Source: Longimicrobiales bacterium (GTDB lineage: Bacteria; Gemmatimonadota; Gemmatimonadetes; Longimicrobiales; Gaopeijiaceae). From it: DNA of 64,000 bases. Location of the stretch: NCBI GenBank assembly GCA_965204735.1, contig OZ242008.1, positions 800,001 through 864,000 on the forward strand, given 5' to 3'. The notes under the pieces are model-generated. The model saw only the letters and a list, made by a program, of their open reading frames with translations, was not told the origin of the DNA and did no database searches. A program made the position numbers and the translations under genes. Positions 1 through 10,393 of this stretch are shown here, in pieces (position 1 is the first letter of the stretch; each line of letters starts with the position of its first letter).

Positions 1-2417
1 TCGACCTCCATCGCCACGATCGATCCGCTCATGAAGAAGTCGGTGGCGTCGTGCTCCGCAACCACGTTCTCGACGGGCAGGTGAAGCTGCTCGATCGCGA
101 ACAGGGCGGCGTCGTTCAGCGCGACCAGCGTGCCGCCGCTCCGAACGAAGGCGTCCAGCTCGCGAACGCCCTCGCTGCCGACGCCGCCCTCGTAGCGCGG
201 CGGCACCGATCCCTTGGCGAAGCCGTCGAGGATCTGGCCGGCCCGCATGTCCGCCAAGACGATCACGTCGTAGCGGTCGCGAAGGGCGCCCGCCAGCACC
301 TCGGCGTTGTACAAGCTCTCGAACTCGAAGCCGTAGGCCTCCAGCAGCCAGCGCGTCCAGCCTTCGTCCATCGACGGGTCCCACGGGCGGTAGAGACCCA
401 CCCTGGGGCGCGGCAGCTCGACCCCCGCTCGGCCGCCGGCGCCGCCTGCCCCCTGCCGCAGGTGCAGCTCCGACGCCAGCGCGCTCCGAGCGGCGCCGGA
501 GAGCCCGGTGATGACGTACCGCCCCGAGCTGCCGGCCGCCCCGTCCTCGCCGCCCGCGCCCGGCACGAACCGCACCTGCCCCCCGTTCGCCCACGCCCGG
601 TTGAGCGCCTTGAAGGCGTTGTTCTGGGCCGGGTCCGCCACGAGTCCGCCGCCTCCGCCCCCGGCGCTACCGGCCGGAGGCACGATCGCCGCCGCCACGG
701 GGTGGCTGTCGAAGCCGACGCCGGGGGGCGAGTCGAAGGGCGCCGCGTCCTCCACCTCCGCGTCCCACGCAAGGGGCTCGCCGACCAGCGCGCTCATCGC
801 GTCGCGCACGTCTTCCGTCAACGGCGACGCCGCCTCCACCACGCGCACGCCCATCAGGTAGGGCAGCGTCCACCCCGACACGTCGTAGGGCTGGTCGGGC
901 GGCCCTTCCGGGTACTGGCGCAGGTCCGGGTACTCCTGCACCGCAAAGAGCTGCCGGACGAAGTTGGCGAACTCCTGGTCCATCGGGATCACCCAGGTCC
1001 CCGCCGGATGCGCGATCCCTTCGAACTCGAGCCCCTGGGCAAGCTGGTGCACCTCGACGCCGTTGTAGGCCAAGCGCCGAAGCATCTCCACCGCCGCCAC
1101 CGGGTCCCGCTGGTCCTGGGGGACGAAGAACGCGTACGGAGGCTCTTCCCTATACTGGGCGATCACGTCTCGACCCGCCTGGTAGCGGTTGTACAAGATG
1201 TCGGTGCGGTACTTGGCCGCGACGTCCAGCACCGATATCGACGCGGTGAGCATGTACTCCACGGCGTCCCGAAGCCGCCACCAGCCGCCTTCCCAAGGGC
1301 TGCTGTAGAGGGACTGGGGACGGAGCTCCCGCGTGTTGCCGGGAAAGTCTCCTATCGTGTAGAAGTGCGGCGTGGCGTAGCGGTACAGCGCCGTCTCGGT
1401 CAGGAACGACACGACGTTGTGGAAGTTGTGGGCGTGGTCCATGAAGCCCGGGTACCAGTTGTCGAAGCCCGTGCCCATGTGCGTCGCGCCCTTCTGGCCG
1501 CGCTCCTCCAGCGCCTGGGCCATCGACATGCCGATCAGGTTCACCGTCCGCCACATGAGCGGATGCACGTGCGGCGAGATCGGCTCCGCGAAGGGCGGGA
1601 TCCATATCCGCGTCGGGAACGGCGAGCTCTGGTGGTGGTTGTAGAGGATCTGCGGCTCCCACTCGCGCGTCACCCGCGTGGCCATCCGGGACTCGATCTG
1701 GTTGATCATGTACCCGTCCCGGTTGTTGTCGTGGCCGACGTACTTCTGATAGAGGAACGGCGCCGAGGACACTTCGTAGGGCGTGCCCAAGTTGGAGCGG
1801 TACCACTCGGCGATCATCGTCTGCCCGTCCGGGTTGATCGACGGCCAGAGCATGAGGATCACGTTGTCCAGAATCGCCCGGATCTCGGGATCGTCGTCGC
1901 CGGTGACCAAGTCGTGCGCCAGCTGGATCGTGTGCTCGGCGTGCGCGACCTCGGTGGAGTGCAGCCCGCCGTCGATGTGCACGATCGCCTTCCCCTGGGC
2001 GGCCAGCGCCCGGGCCTCGTCGTCCGTCAGCCCCTTGGGATGCGCCAAGCGGAGTGCGATCTCTCTGTGCCGCTCCATGTCGCGCAGGTTCTCGGCGCTG
2101 GAGATCAGCGCAATGTAGACCGGCCGCCCGTACGACGAACGTCCCACCTGCCGAAGCTCCAGCCGGTCGGTGGCCTCGTCCAGCCGCTCGAAGTACTCGA
2201 TAGACTCCTCGAAGGTGGCCAGGTGGAAGTCGGCGCCGACCCGGTGCCCCAGCACGGACTCGGGCGTGGGAACCTGCTGGGCGGCCACAGACGAGCCGCC
2301 GACGAAGATCGAAGCGCCCACGGCAAGCGCCGCTCTCGCGATCGGCGAAGTTGCTGCTCCTGTCGTTCGTCTTGCTGCCCCTCGCATCCGGGGCGATCCG
2401 TCGTCACGGTTTGCCAT
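1..2417 (-). CDS. M14 family zinc carboxypeptidase-like secreted protein (3' end outside window)
   Basis: Read manually; absent from the ORF track because it runs off the edge. MANRDDG...AAQQVPTPESVLGHRVGADFHLATF, GGLHSTE Zn motif, INPDG, GHDNNRD. Start overlaps the ParA stop. Confidence 0.85.
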   Translation of the reverse strand, partial: MANRDDGSPRMRGAARRTTGAATSPIARAALAVGASIFVGGSSVAAQQVPTPESVLGHRVGADFHLATFEESIEYFERLDEATDRLELRQVGRSSYGRPVYIALISSAENLRDMERHREIALRLAHPKGLTDDEARALAAQGKAIVHIDGGLHSTEVAHAEHTIQLAHDLVTGDDDPEIRAILDNVILMLWPSINPDGQTMIAEWYRSNLGTPYEVSSAPFLYQKYVGHDNNRDGYMINQIESRMATRVTREWEPQILYNHHQSSPFPTRIWIPPFAEPISPHVHPLMWRTVNLIGMSMAQALEERGQKGATHMGTGFDNWYPGFMDHAHNFHNVVSFLTETALYRYATPHFYTIGDFPGNTRELRPQSLYSSPWEGGWWRLRDAVEYMLTASISVLDVAAKYRTDILYNRYQAGRDVIAQYREEPPYAFFVPQDQRDPVAAVEMLRRLAYNGVEVHQLAQGLEFEGIAHPAGTWVIPMDQEFANFVRQLFAVQEYPDLRQYPEGPPDQPYDVSGWTLPYLMGVRVVEAASPLTEDVRDAMSALVGEPLAWDAEVEDAAPFDSPPGVGFDSHPVAAAIVPPAGSAGGGGGGLVADPAQNNAFKALNRAWANGGQVRFVPGAGGEDGAAGSSGRYVITGLSGAARSALASELHLRQGAGGAGGRAGVELPRPRVGLYRPWDPSMDEGWTRWLLEAYGFEFESLYNAEVLAGALRDRYDVIVLADMRAGQILDGFAKGSVPPRYEGGVGSEGVRELDAFVRSGGTLVALNDAALFAIEQLHLPVENVVAEHDATDFFMSGSIVAMEV

Positions 2418-3423
2418 GAGCCGTCTCCTCTGCAATTCGATTTGCGATCTTGTCCGCGAGCGCTCGGAAGTCCTGCTGGGCATCGACCACCGCCGCCGCG
2501 TGACTGCCGATGGCGCCGTCGGCAGGCCGGAGATGAAAGATGGGCTTCCGAGCCTCTTGGGCCAGGGGCACGAGGCTGCGGAAGTGCTTGATCGTAGCCA
2601 AGCAGCGAGCGTCGGCCTTCGGCGTCTCGGGGAACGGCCCCGACTTCTCGCCCAGCAAGTTGCGCGCGTATTCCCCCGGCATCCGGTTGACCCACTTGTC
2701 GTAAGCCTTAATCGGCCTTTGAAGCCGCACGCTGTGCTGCTGCACCACGTACCCGACCGGCGCCATTTCGCCGCGAGGGAGCTCGAATTCGGCTTCCTGC
2801 CAGTGGTCCAGGCGCTTCTTCCAGCTTTCCCGCCACTTTCGCAGCGTCGGCCCAAGGTTGCGCAGACCCTGAAGCGAGTACAGGTCCGCGCCCAATGGGA
2901 CCACGATGAAGTCGCTCGCAATCAACGCCGACCGATTGATGGCGCCCAGGTTCGGGCCCACGTCGGCCAGGACGATCGACGCATCCATCTGACGCGCACC
3001 GTCCTGCATGACCGTGGAAAACGCGGTGAGCACGCGAAAGGGCCGGTAGACCTCGGAGTCCAGCGCCTTTGGCCACACTTCCGACAGCGCGTCCTCGAAA
3101 CCAGCAAGGGCCAAGCTCCCAGGCAAGATGCGCAGATCCGACGACACCTTCTCCAGCTTGGGCGGCCGCAGGTCCCCGACGCCCAAGAGAGGGCGAACGC
3201 ACTGCATGATCGTGCGGCCTCCCTGGCTGGTGTCCTCGACCGTCCAGAGCTCCTCCAGCCGACGATCGGCCAGGAAGGCTGCGGTCAGATTCGCTTGCGG
3301 ATCCAAGTCGCACGCGAGCACGCGATGACCGGTCTCCGACAACATCCATGCCAAGTGATAGACGAGCGAGGTCTTGCCCACCCCGCCCTTGTTGTTGAAG
3401 AACGTCAATACTGGCGTGCTCAC
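2404..3423 (-). CDS. Orphan ParA/MinD-family ATPase
   Basis: Deviant Walker A NNKGGVGKTS, DLDPQANLT, Walker B LADVGPNLG; no parB adjacent. Confidence 0.9.
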   Translation of the reverse strand: MSTPVLTFFNNKGGVGKTSLVYHLAWMLSETGHRVLACDLDPQANLTAAFLADRRLEELWTVEDTSQGGRTIMQCVRPLLGVGDLRPPKLEKVSSDLRILPGSLALAGFEDALSEVWPKALDSEVYRPFRVLTAFSTVMQDGARQMDASIVLADVGPNLGAINRSALIASDFIVVPLGADLYSLQGLRNLGPTLRKWRESWKKRLDHWQEAEFELPRGEMAPVGYVVQQHSVRLQRPIKAYDKWVNRMPGEYARNLLGEKSGPFPETPKADARCLATIKHFRSLVPLAQEARKPIFHLRPADGAIGSHAAAVVDAQQDFRALADKIANRIAEETAHGKP

Positions 3424-3429
3424 GACCGG

Positions 3430-4638
3430 CTACGCCCTTGCCCGCACGGTGACCCGCACGTTGTTGTCGTCAACCTCGAAAAGCGGCTCTGGATGACCCG
3501 CCTTCGCCAACTCATCTCTGGCCAATGGGATGCCGATTCCAAACTTCTGCACGAAGCCCGTGACCATCATTGCGTCCGCAAGATTCGGATTCCGGTAGTC
3601 CACAAGGCCGCTCCTGCCGAAATCGGCAACCGTCACCCTGCCGAAGGGGCCGCCCGGGTTGATGATCTCTATGCGATCGTTGTACCAGTAGACGTGCACC
3701 GGTGCGTTCGTGGATTCGTAGCTCCTGTGCATAATAGCGTTCCGGACGAGCTGTTGCAACGATTCCATTGGATAAGCATCAATCGTCAACTCCCGAAAGC
3801 GTGAGGCAAAGTCGACCGCAGTCCGGTTATGACCCGCGAGTTTCTCATCTATCCTGCGCAACATGTCCGGTACCGTGCCCCCGATTTGGGCCCGGTCGAC
3901 TATGTCGTCGGTCAGTCGAGTCCCGTCGATGCGCAGAAACTGAATGTAGGAACAGAAGACGAAGTCCTGCGGGTTTTTCCCAATCGCAAGCATGCCCAGA
4001 ACAGTAGGAACGGGATCGGCAACCGAGGTTACCATCTTCGTCGCTGCCAACTGTTCCGTCTCAGTGCGCCGATTGGCAGTCAATATGGAAGGGGAAAAGG
4101 CTCTGGGCAGGTATTCGTGCACAAAACGAACGTGGTCGAGATCGGCGACGTTCGCGCCGGGCATCGGATACAGGTCAAACGGCAGGTTGCCGTGCCTGCG
4201 CCTCTCGTTGAGGATCCGCTCGTCCTGCGCTGTTGCGATGCCGCGCCTCGGCCCGATCCGGATGTAGACGGCACCCTTGCAGCGGACGGGAGGGGAGTCC
4301 GACGGATCGACGCTGACGACGGCTACTCCGCCACCTTCAAGCTCCAGACTCTCCACGGTCAGGGACGGAGGTGGGACGATGTTGCCGTCGGTCTTCATGT
4401 CCGCCAGCTGGGTCAACATGCGGTCGGTGACGGTCAAGCCCGCGAGCGATCCGTTGTCTCGGACTCCGACCAGGACTGCTCCAGGCTCCCCGCTGCGGGG
4501 CAGGTCGTTCGCGAATGCGCAGATCGCTTGACGAATTCTCTCCTTGGCGCCGCCGCGGAGCGACTCCTTGAATTCAACGCGATCCGTCTCGCCTCCGGCA
4601 ATGATCGCCGCCAGGGTCTGTTCGGTCATGCTGGCCAC
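3430..4638 (-). CDS. Schlafen/AlbA_2-domain protein with C-terminal HATPase_c_4 (RecG C-terminal-like) domain
   Basis: ETDRVEFKE, ICAFAN...VLVGVRD (AlbA_2); RNAIMHRSY, IEIINPGG, YRNPNLAD, GFVQKFGIGI. Confidence 0.85.
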   Translation of the reverse strand: MASMTEQTLAAIIAGGETDRVEFKESLRGGAKERIRQAICAFANDLPRSGEPGAVLVGVRDNGSLAGLTVTDRMLTQLADMKTDGNIVPPPSLTVESLELEGGGVAVVSVDPSDSPPVRCKGAVYIRIGPRRGIATAQDERILNERRRHGNLPFDLYPMPGANVADLDHVRFVHEYLPRAFSPSILTANRRTETEQLAATKMVTSVADPVPTVLGMLAIGKNPQDFVFCSYIQFLRIDGTRLTDDIVDRAQIGGTVPDMLRRIDEKLAGHNRTAVDFASRFRELTIDAYPMESLQQLVRNAIMHRSYESTNAPVHVYWYNDRIEIINPGGPFGRVTVADFGRSGLVDYRNPNLADAMMVTGFVQKFGIGIPLARDELAKAGHPEPLFEVDDNNVRVTVRARA

Positions 4639-4660
4639 TCGGCGCGTTCTCCTCTCCCTT

Positions 4661-6055
4661 TCATGCCCCTACGATCGGCCACGGCGTCCACTCCCGCCAG
4701 CGGCCCCGGGTGAAGTCGGGGAAGGCCACGGGCGCGCTGCCGTTGGCCACGCTGATCTCGGAGAGCTCGCACACCGCGCTCAGCGCCGCCGCGTCGTAGA
4801 CGTTCATGTCGGTGGGCAGCCCCTCGCGCAGGCACTTGACGAGCCGGTAGTCCTCCATGAAGTCCATGCCGCCGTGACCCGCGCCGACCGACGCCTCGCG
4901 GAGCGCGCGCCACAGCGGGTGCTCGAAGTCGTCGTAGTACGCCTCGGCGTCTTCCCACTGGTGCCCAGGGCTGCGGCCCTCGACGTGCACCCGGTCCGGA
5001 TAGCCCTGGAAGACGCCCCGAGTCCCCTGCACTTGGTTGATGCGGCTGTAGGGGCGCGGCAAGTTCGTGTCGTGGGAGACGTAGATCGTGCGTCCCAGGG
5101 CGGTCTTGATCAGGCTGCCGTTGACGTCGCCCAGGGCGAAGCTCTCGTCGCGCTTTGGATGGCCTTCGGGGTAGTGGGCCGCCGCCCACTCCTGCAAGCC
5201 CCGGGACGGGCTGCTCATCGACACCAGGTAGTCGAAGCGGTCGCCCCGGTTCACGTCCATGCAGTTGGCGACGGGCCCCAGGCCGTGCGTGGGGTAGAGG
5301 TTGCCGTTCCGGCTCCACGAGTGGTCGCGGCGCCACAGCCCTTCGCCGTCTTCGGCGAACTTGATCGCCCGCAGGTCGTGGAGGTACCCGCACTCGGCGT
5401 GGAGGATTTCGCCCAGCAACCCCTGGCGCACCAGGTTCAAGCAGAGGAGCTCGGCGCGGCCGTAGTTCACGTTCTCCATCATGACGCAGTGGCGGCCCGT
5501 CGCCTCGGCGGTCTCGACCAGCCGCCAGCAGTCGTCCAGGCGGTAGGCGGCGGGGACTTCGGTGGCGGCGTGCTTCCCGCTCTCCATGGCGGCGACGCAC
5601 ACCGGGACGTGCCACCGCCACGGCGTGGCCGTGTACACCAGGTCCAGCTCCTCCTCCGCGCAGAGGCGCTCGAAGTCGGTCTCGCTCCGGGCGTAGAGGG
5701 TCGGGCGCGGGCGGCCGGCTTCCTCGACGATCCCGGCGGCCCGCTCGGCGTGGGACGCCACCACGTCGCACACCGCCGTCACCGCGCACCCGTCGATCCG
5801 CACCAAGTTGCGCACGTGAGCGGTGCCCATTCCCCCGACGCCGACGAAGCCGATCCGCACCTCCTCGATCGCCGGGGCGGCCAGGGGCTGGGCAGGAGGC
5901 GGTGCCAAGCCCGAGGGGACGGCGGCGGTTGGATGCGTGGCGGCTCCGGCCGGCCCGCCTGCCGTGCCTGAGGTTCCGTCCGTTCCCCCGCAGCCGGCGA
6001 GCGCTCCTCCCGCCGCCCCGGCGGCGCCCGCCTTCAAGAAACCCCGTCGGTCCAT
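4661..6055 (-). CDS. Tat-exported Gfo/Idh/MocA oxidoreductase, GH109-like NAD-dependent glycosidase
   Basis: MDRRGFLK Tat motif, GFVGVGGMG, ATPWRWH, MENVNY, YPTHGLGP, GHGGMDF; start set at the ATG at 6055. Confidence 0.88.
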   Translation of the reverse strand: MDRRGFLKAGAAGAAGGALAGCGGTDGTSGTAGGPAGAATHPTAAVPSGLAPPPAQPLAAPAIEEVRIGFVGVGGMGTAHVRNLVRIDGCAVTAVCDVVASHAERAAGIVEEAGRPRPTLYARSETDFERLCAEEELDLVYTATPWRWHVPVCVAAMESGKHAATEVPAAYRLDDCWRLVETAEATGRHCVMMENVNYGRAELLCLNLVRQGLLGEILHAECGYLHDLRAIKFAEDGEGLWRRDHSWSRNGNLYPTHGLGPVANCMDVNRGDRFDYLVSMSSPSRGLQEWAAAHYPEGHPKRDESFALGDVNGSLIKTALGRTIYVSHDTNLPRPYSRINQVQGTRGVFQGYPDRVHVEGRSPGHQWEDAEAYYDDFEHPLWRALREASVGAGHGGMDFMEDYRLVKCLREGLPTDMNVYDAAALSAVCELSEISVANGSAPVAFPDFTRGRWREWTPWPIVGA

Positions 6056-6342
6056 GAGTCGTCTTGCCTCCTTGTCGGCTCGCGCTGGCGTCGCGGCCAG
6101 TACCATGCGAACGTAAGGCCAGTTCAACACGAACGCTGCCTGAAGGTACTTTGACAGGACCAGGAACGCGCCGGCGACGCGGTCGGCAGCGCCGCCCTCA
6201 GCCGCGAACGCTTCCCCCGACGGGGCCGAAACGCCCGGTTTGCCGCAGGAGCCCGTACTTCCCGTCCCGGAACGCCGCGAGCCGTCGCTGCCTGGTTGGC
6301 GGCCTGGTGCCGCCCGATCTCCCACATCGACGACAAGGAAGC

Positions 6343-7158
6343 ATGCAGACCCGCCGAACTCCAACAGCTTTCGCAAGCCTCGTTGCCGCCGTCGCCGCCC
6401 TCGCCGCCCTCCAGGGATGCGCGACCCGAGGCCCCGGCGCGCCCGCGCCCGCCGCCGGCCCCGATCCGGCCCCAGTGCCCGGCGACCCGACTCGCGACGC
6501 CCCGGCCCCGCCCGCCCCCGCTCCAGCCGAGCCCACCCGTCCCAGCGCCGCCCGCGTCGCCGAGCTCGAGGCGGTCTATCGAGCCCGGGCCGAGGCCGCG
6601 CGGGCGAACTACCACGAAGCGGACGTGCACTTCATGACGGGGATGATCGGCCACCACGGCCAAGCCCTGGTCATGTCCGGGTTCGCTCCCGAGAACGGCG
6701 CGAGCGCCACCATCCAGACGCTCTGCGCCCGGATCATCAACGCCCAGAAGGACGAGATCGCCGTCATGCAGGAATGGCTGCGCGACCGGGGCCAGCCCGT
6801 GCCCGAGGTCCATACCGACGGCGGCCGCTTCATGGTCCACGGCCCCGAGCACGCCATGCACATGCCGGGAATGCTCTCTCCCGAGCAGCTCGACGAGCTG
6901 CGCCAGGCCCGCGGCGCCGACTTCGACCGCCTCTTTCTGCGGTACATGATCATGCACCACGAGGGCGCGGTCACGATGGTGGAGGAGCTCTTCGCCGTCG
7001 ACGGCGCCGCCCAAGGCGACTTCGTCTTCAAGCTGGCCTCCGACATCCAGGCGGACCAAGGTTCCGAGATCGCCCGAATGGAGCTGATGCTGGAAGCCCT
7101 CGAACCCAACCCGGAACCACTCCGATCCGAGCCAACCCCAGACAGGAACCCGACATGA
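6343..7158 (+). CDS. DUF305-domain (ferritin-like) lipoprotein
   Basis: Lipobox LQGC; two MIxHH motifs (MIGHHGQA, MIMHHEGA); MPGMLS. Confidence 0.85.
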   Translation: MQTRRTPTAFASLVAAVAALAALQGCATRGPGAPAPAAGPDPAPVPGDPTRDAPAPPAPAPAEPTRPSAARVAELEAVYRARAEAARANYHEADVHFMTGMIGHHGQALVMSGFAPENGASATIQTLCARIINAQKDEIAVMQEWLRDRGQPVPEVHTDGGRFMVHGPEHAMHMPGMLSPEQLDELRQARGADFDRLFLRYMIMHHEGAVTMVEELFAVDGAAQGDFVFKLASDIQADQGSEIARMELMLEALEPNPEPLRSEPTPDRNPT

Positions 7159-9233
7159 CCTTCTTCTCGACAACCGCGACGCTCCTCCCGTCGAAAGGCC
7201 GTCGCCTCCCCTTCCTCGCGGCTTTCGCCGGCTTGACCGCGACGGTCGTTCTGGCCGCGTGCTCGCCCCGGTACGGAAGCCCGGCCGGCGAAGCGGCCCC
7301 CGTCGCCGTCCAGTCCGGAGCGGCCGCGACGGCCATGGTGCCGACCCTGGCGCCCGTTCCCGCCGCCGCCGACCCGCCCTCGCCCGATCCTCGCGTGGGA
7401 CTTGCGCCGGGCATGTTCGACGCCGGCGAGGCGATCTGGAACCTGCGGCTGGTCTCGACGACCCCTCCCGAGGAGCCCTTCGTCGGCCAGACCAACTCGG
7501 ACTTGGCCTTCACGGGCAACTACGCGATCCAGGGCAACTACGACGGCATCCAGGTGTGGGACATCTCGAACCCGGCCCAACCCGCTTCGGTGATCACCTA
7601 CGTCTGCCCGGCGTCCCAGAGCGACGTGTCGGTGCACGAGAACCTTCTCTTCGTCTCCGGCGAGGGCCTGAGCGGCCGGCTCGACTGCGGCGACCAGGGC
7701 GTCGAAGAAGCCGTCAGCCACCACCGGCTGCGGGGCATCCGCATCTTCGACATCTCCGACATCACCGCGCCCGAGTACGTCGCCAACGTCCAGACCTGCC
7801 GAGGCTCCCACACCCACACCGTCCTGAAGCACCCGGGCGACGAAGAGAACGTCTACATCTACGTCTCCGGCTCGGCCGGCGTGCGCCCGGCCGAGGAGCT
7901 GGCGGGATGCTCGGGCCTGTCCCCGGAGGAGGACCCGAACTCGGCCCTCTTCCGCATCGAGGTGATCCGGGTGCCGCTGGACGACCCGCAGAGCGCAGCG
8001 ATCGTGAGCTCGCCCCGCATCTTCCAGGACTTGGTGGCGCCGCCTCGCCACGGGCCGTCGCAGGCCGACCTGGCGGAGGTGGAAGCGGCCCGCGAGAGAG
8101 GGGCCTTCGTGGTGGAGATTCCGGGACAAGGTCCGCAGGTGGTGCCCGACCGGTTCGTCGAGCAGATGCTGCAGCAGATCGTGAGTCAGAGGGGAGGCGA
8201 GGGCGAGGCGACGGCGGCCGACAGCGCCGCGCTGCGGGGAAGGCTGAGCGCCATGGCGGCTCAGCAGGCGTCCAACCAGTCGGACGAGGACGGTCCTGCC
8301 CCCGGCCCCACCCAGTGCCACGACATCACGGTCTACCCCGCCATCGGCATGGCCGGGGGCGCCTGCGGGGGCTACGGCCTGCTGATCGACATCCGGGACC
8401 CGGTCAACCCCCGGCGCCTGGCCGCAGTGGCCGACTCCAACTTCGCCTACTGGCACTCCGCCACCTTCAACAACGACGGCACCGCCATTCTCTTCACCGA
8501 CGAGTGGGGCGGGGGCGGAGCGCCCAAGTGCCGCGAGGGAGACCCCATGGAGTGGGGCGCCAACGCCATCTTCACCATCGAAGACGACGAGATGGTCTTC
8601 CACAGCTACTTCAAGATCCCCGCGGCCCAGACGTCGCTGGAGAACTGCGTGGCCCACAACGGGTCGCTCATCCCGATCCCCGGTCGCGACATCATGATCC
8701 AGGGGTGGTACCAGGGCGGCATCTCGCTGATCGACTGGACCGACCCGACCAACCCCACGGAGATCGCCTACTTCGACCGCGGGCCGCTCAACCCGGAGCG
8801 CATGGAGATGGCCGGCAGCTGGTCCGTGTACTGGTACAACGGACTGATCGTCAACTCGGAGATCGCTCGCGGGCTCGACATCCTCGAGCTGGCGCCCAGC
8901 GAAGTCCTCACCCAGAACGAGATCGACGCGGCCAACTCGGTGCGCCTCGACCAGCTCAACTCCCAGGGCCAGCCAATCTTCGAGTGGCCGGCGACCTTCG
9001 CCCTGGCCCGCGCCTACGTGGACCAGCTGGTGCGCTCCGGCGGACTGTCCACGCCCCGTCTGGGCGAAGTCCTGGGCGCCCTGTCCGATGCCGAGTCCGC
9101 TTCCGGCGACTCCCGGCGGAGCGCCCTGCGAGCCTTGGCCGACGCGCTGGCCATGGACAGCGGTCGGTCCACCGACGCCGCCAAGGTGGAGAAGCTGGCG
9201 GACGCGGTTCGGCGGCTGGCCGACGCCGACTGA
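7155..9233 (+). CDS. LVIVD-repeat secreted lipoprotein
   Basis: LAAC lipobox; NSDLAF, VQTCRGSHTHT, CHDITV, CVAHNGS; ATGA overlap with the DUF305 gene. Confidence 0.8.
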   Translation: MTFFSTTATLLPSKGRRLPFLAAFAGLTATVVLAACSPRYGSPAGEAAPVAVQSGAAATAMVPTLAPVPAAADPPSPDPRVGLAPGMFDAGEAIWNLRLVSTTPPEEPFVGQTNSDLAFTGNYAIQGNYDGIQVWDISNPAQPASVITYVCPASQSDVSVHENLLFVSGEGLSGRLDCGDQGVEEAVSHHRLRGIRIFDISDITAPEYVANVQTCRGSHTHTVLKHPGDEENVYIYVSGSAGVRPAEELAGCSGLSPEEDPNSALFRIEVIRVPLDDPQSAAIVSSPRIFQDLVAPPRHGPSQADLAEVEAARERGAFVVEIPGQGPQVVPDRFVEQMLQQIVSQRGGEGEATAADSAALRGRLSAMAAQQASNQSDEDGPAPGPTQCHDITVYPAIGMAGGACGGYGLLIDIRDPVNPRRLAAVADSNFAYWHSATFNNDGTAILFTDEWGGGGAPKCREGDPMEWGANAIFTIEDDEMVFHSYFKIPAAQTSLENCVAHNGSLIPIPGRDIMIQGWYQGGISLIDWTDPTNPTEIAYFDRGPLNPERMEMAGSWSVYWYNGLIVNSEIARGLDILELAPSEVLTQNEIDAANSVRLDQLNSQGQPIFEWPATFALARAYVDQLVRSGGLSTPRLGEVLGALSDAESASGDSRRSALRALADALAMDSGRSTDAAKVEKLADAVRRLADAD

Positions 9234-9273
9234 CCTTCTCCCAGGACTGCCCTTCGGTTCTGCCCGAAGCCAC

Positions 9274-9314
9274 GCCCGTCCGCCGCCCGGAGCCGTCCGG
9301 TGCGGCGGGCGGGC
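9274..9314. terminator. GC-rich hairpin between convergent genes, possible bidirectional terminator
   Basis: gcccgtccgccgc-ccgga-gccg-tccgg-t-gcggcgggcgggc; no U-tract. Confidence 0.4.
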
Positions 9315-9337
9315 GCGGCGCTGGTCCTCGGTGGCCC

Positions 9338-10210
9338 TCAGCGCATCCCCAGAGCTACGCCGGCCCGGAAGATCACCATGTTGGTCTCGCTGGTGATCGG
9401 AGTGAAGCGGCTGCCTCCCCTGCGGTACTCCGTCACTGTGGGGCTGCTGGTCAGGTACTCGGTCTCGCCGTTGTACTGGTAGGACGCCCCCAGCTCCAGC
9501 GACACGGGGTTGACGCCGCGGGAGAGTCGTATCGAGAAGCCGCCCCCGCCCGTGAGCGCCAAGCTGGTGTCGTGCAGGTTCGTGGTCGATGCGATGTCCT
9601 CGTTTCGGTGGGTGCCGGCGACCGTGGTCTCGGTGGCGAAGTAGGAGACGCCCACCGTTCCGTAGACGTAGGGCCGCACCGGTCCGGTCGCCAAGTACAC
9701 CTGCGGACCGATGCCCCCCGACACGATGAAGTTGCTGGTGCGCACGTCCACCGACACCTCGGGAACCGTGACGCTGAAGGGCCTCTGCTCCGACCTGTAG
9801 CCGTAGAGGAGGAAGGCGCCGTCGGCTCGCACGCCGATCATCCCGGCGTTGTCCAGCAGCCACACGCCCGCCAGGCCGCCGCCTCCGCCCACGTCCACGT
9901 TGCTGCGGAACTCGTCGACCGGCAGGGCCAGGGCGCCGAAGAACCCGAACTCGCCCTTCGTCCGCGCCGGCTCGCCGGACGACTGGACCGCGCCGAAGCG
10001 CGGGGGGCTGGACTGGAGCGCCGCCCCGTCCGCAGGCGTCGCCGCCAGGGTCGCCGCCGCTCCGGCCGCGACCGCGACCGCCGTCGCCCTAGCCGCCCCG
10101 ATGCGCCTGCCCAGGCTGGCCGTCGCCGCCCTAGCCGTCCCGACGCCCTTCTCCCTGCCCGTCGCCGGCTTCGCCGCCGCCTCGGGCCGACCTTCTCTCG
10201 TACCGAACAT
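9338..10210 (-). CDS. Outer-membrane beta-barrel-like protein
   Basis: Signal-like Ala-rich N-terminus; amphipathic strands, RPYVYGTVG, GGGGFSIRL, C-terminal FRAGVALG; start uncertain. Confidence 0.65.
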   Translation of the reverse strand: MFGTREGRPEAAAKPATGREKGVGTARAATASLGRRIGAARATAVAVAAGAAATLAATPADGAALQSSPPRFGAVQSSGEPARTKGEFGFFGALALPVDEFRSNVDVGGGGGLAGVWLLDNAGMIGVRADGAFLLYGYRSEQRPFSVTVPEVSVDVRTSNFIVSGGIGPQVYLATGPVRPYVYGTVGVSYFATETTVAGTHRNEDIASTTNLHDTSLALTGGGGFSIRLSRGVNPVSLELGASYQYNGETEYLTSSPTVTEYRRGGSRFTPITSETNMVIFRAGVALGMR

Positions 10211-10393
10211 CTCTCGCTCCTCTTGCCTGTTTCGCCGGTCCAGCACTTCGCCGGGCCGGGCGCCCGTCGCCGTGCCTTCGTCCATCGTGAACCGGCCGTT
10301 GACCATGACGTGCCTGATACCCGTGGGGGCCGATCGGGTTCCATGAGCTCGCGGTCGGGCGATGGTGGGCCAAGCTAGGCAGCCGGCTGGTCG

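Noticed and set aside
51..2591. 846-aa plus-strand ORF, and similar long ORFs such as 6609-9863, 21912-24623, 33303-36749, 45809-48928, 51863-54595 and 58850-62740
   Set aside because: Antisense or off-frame shadows of real genes, expected in high-GC DNA; low-complexity R/A/G/P composition and no motifs
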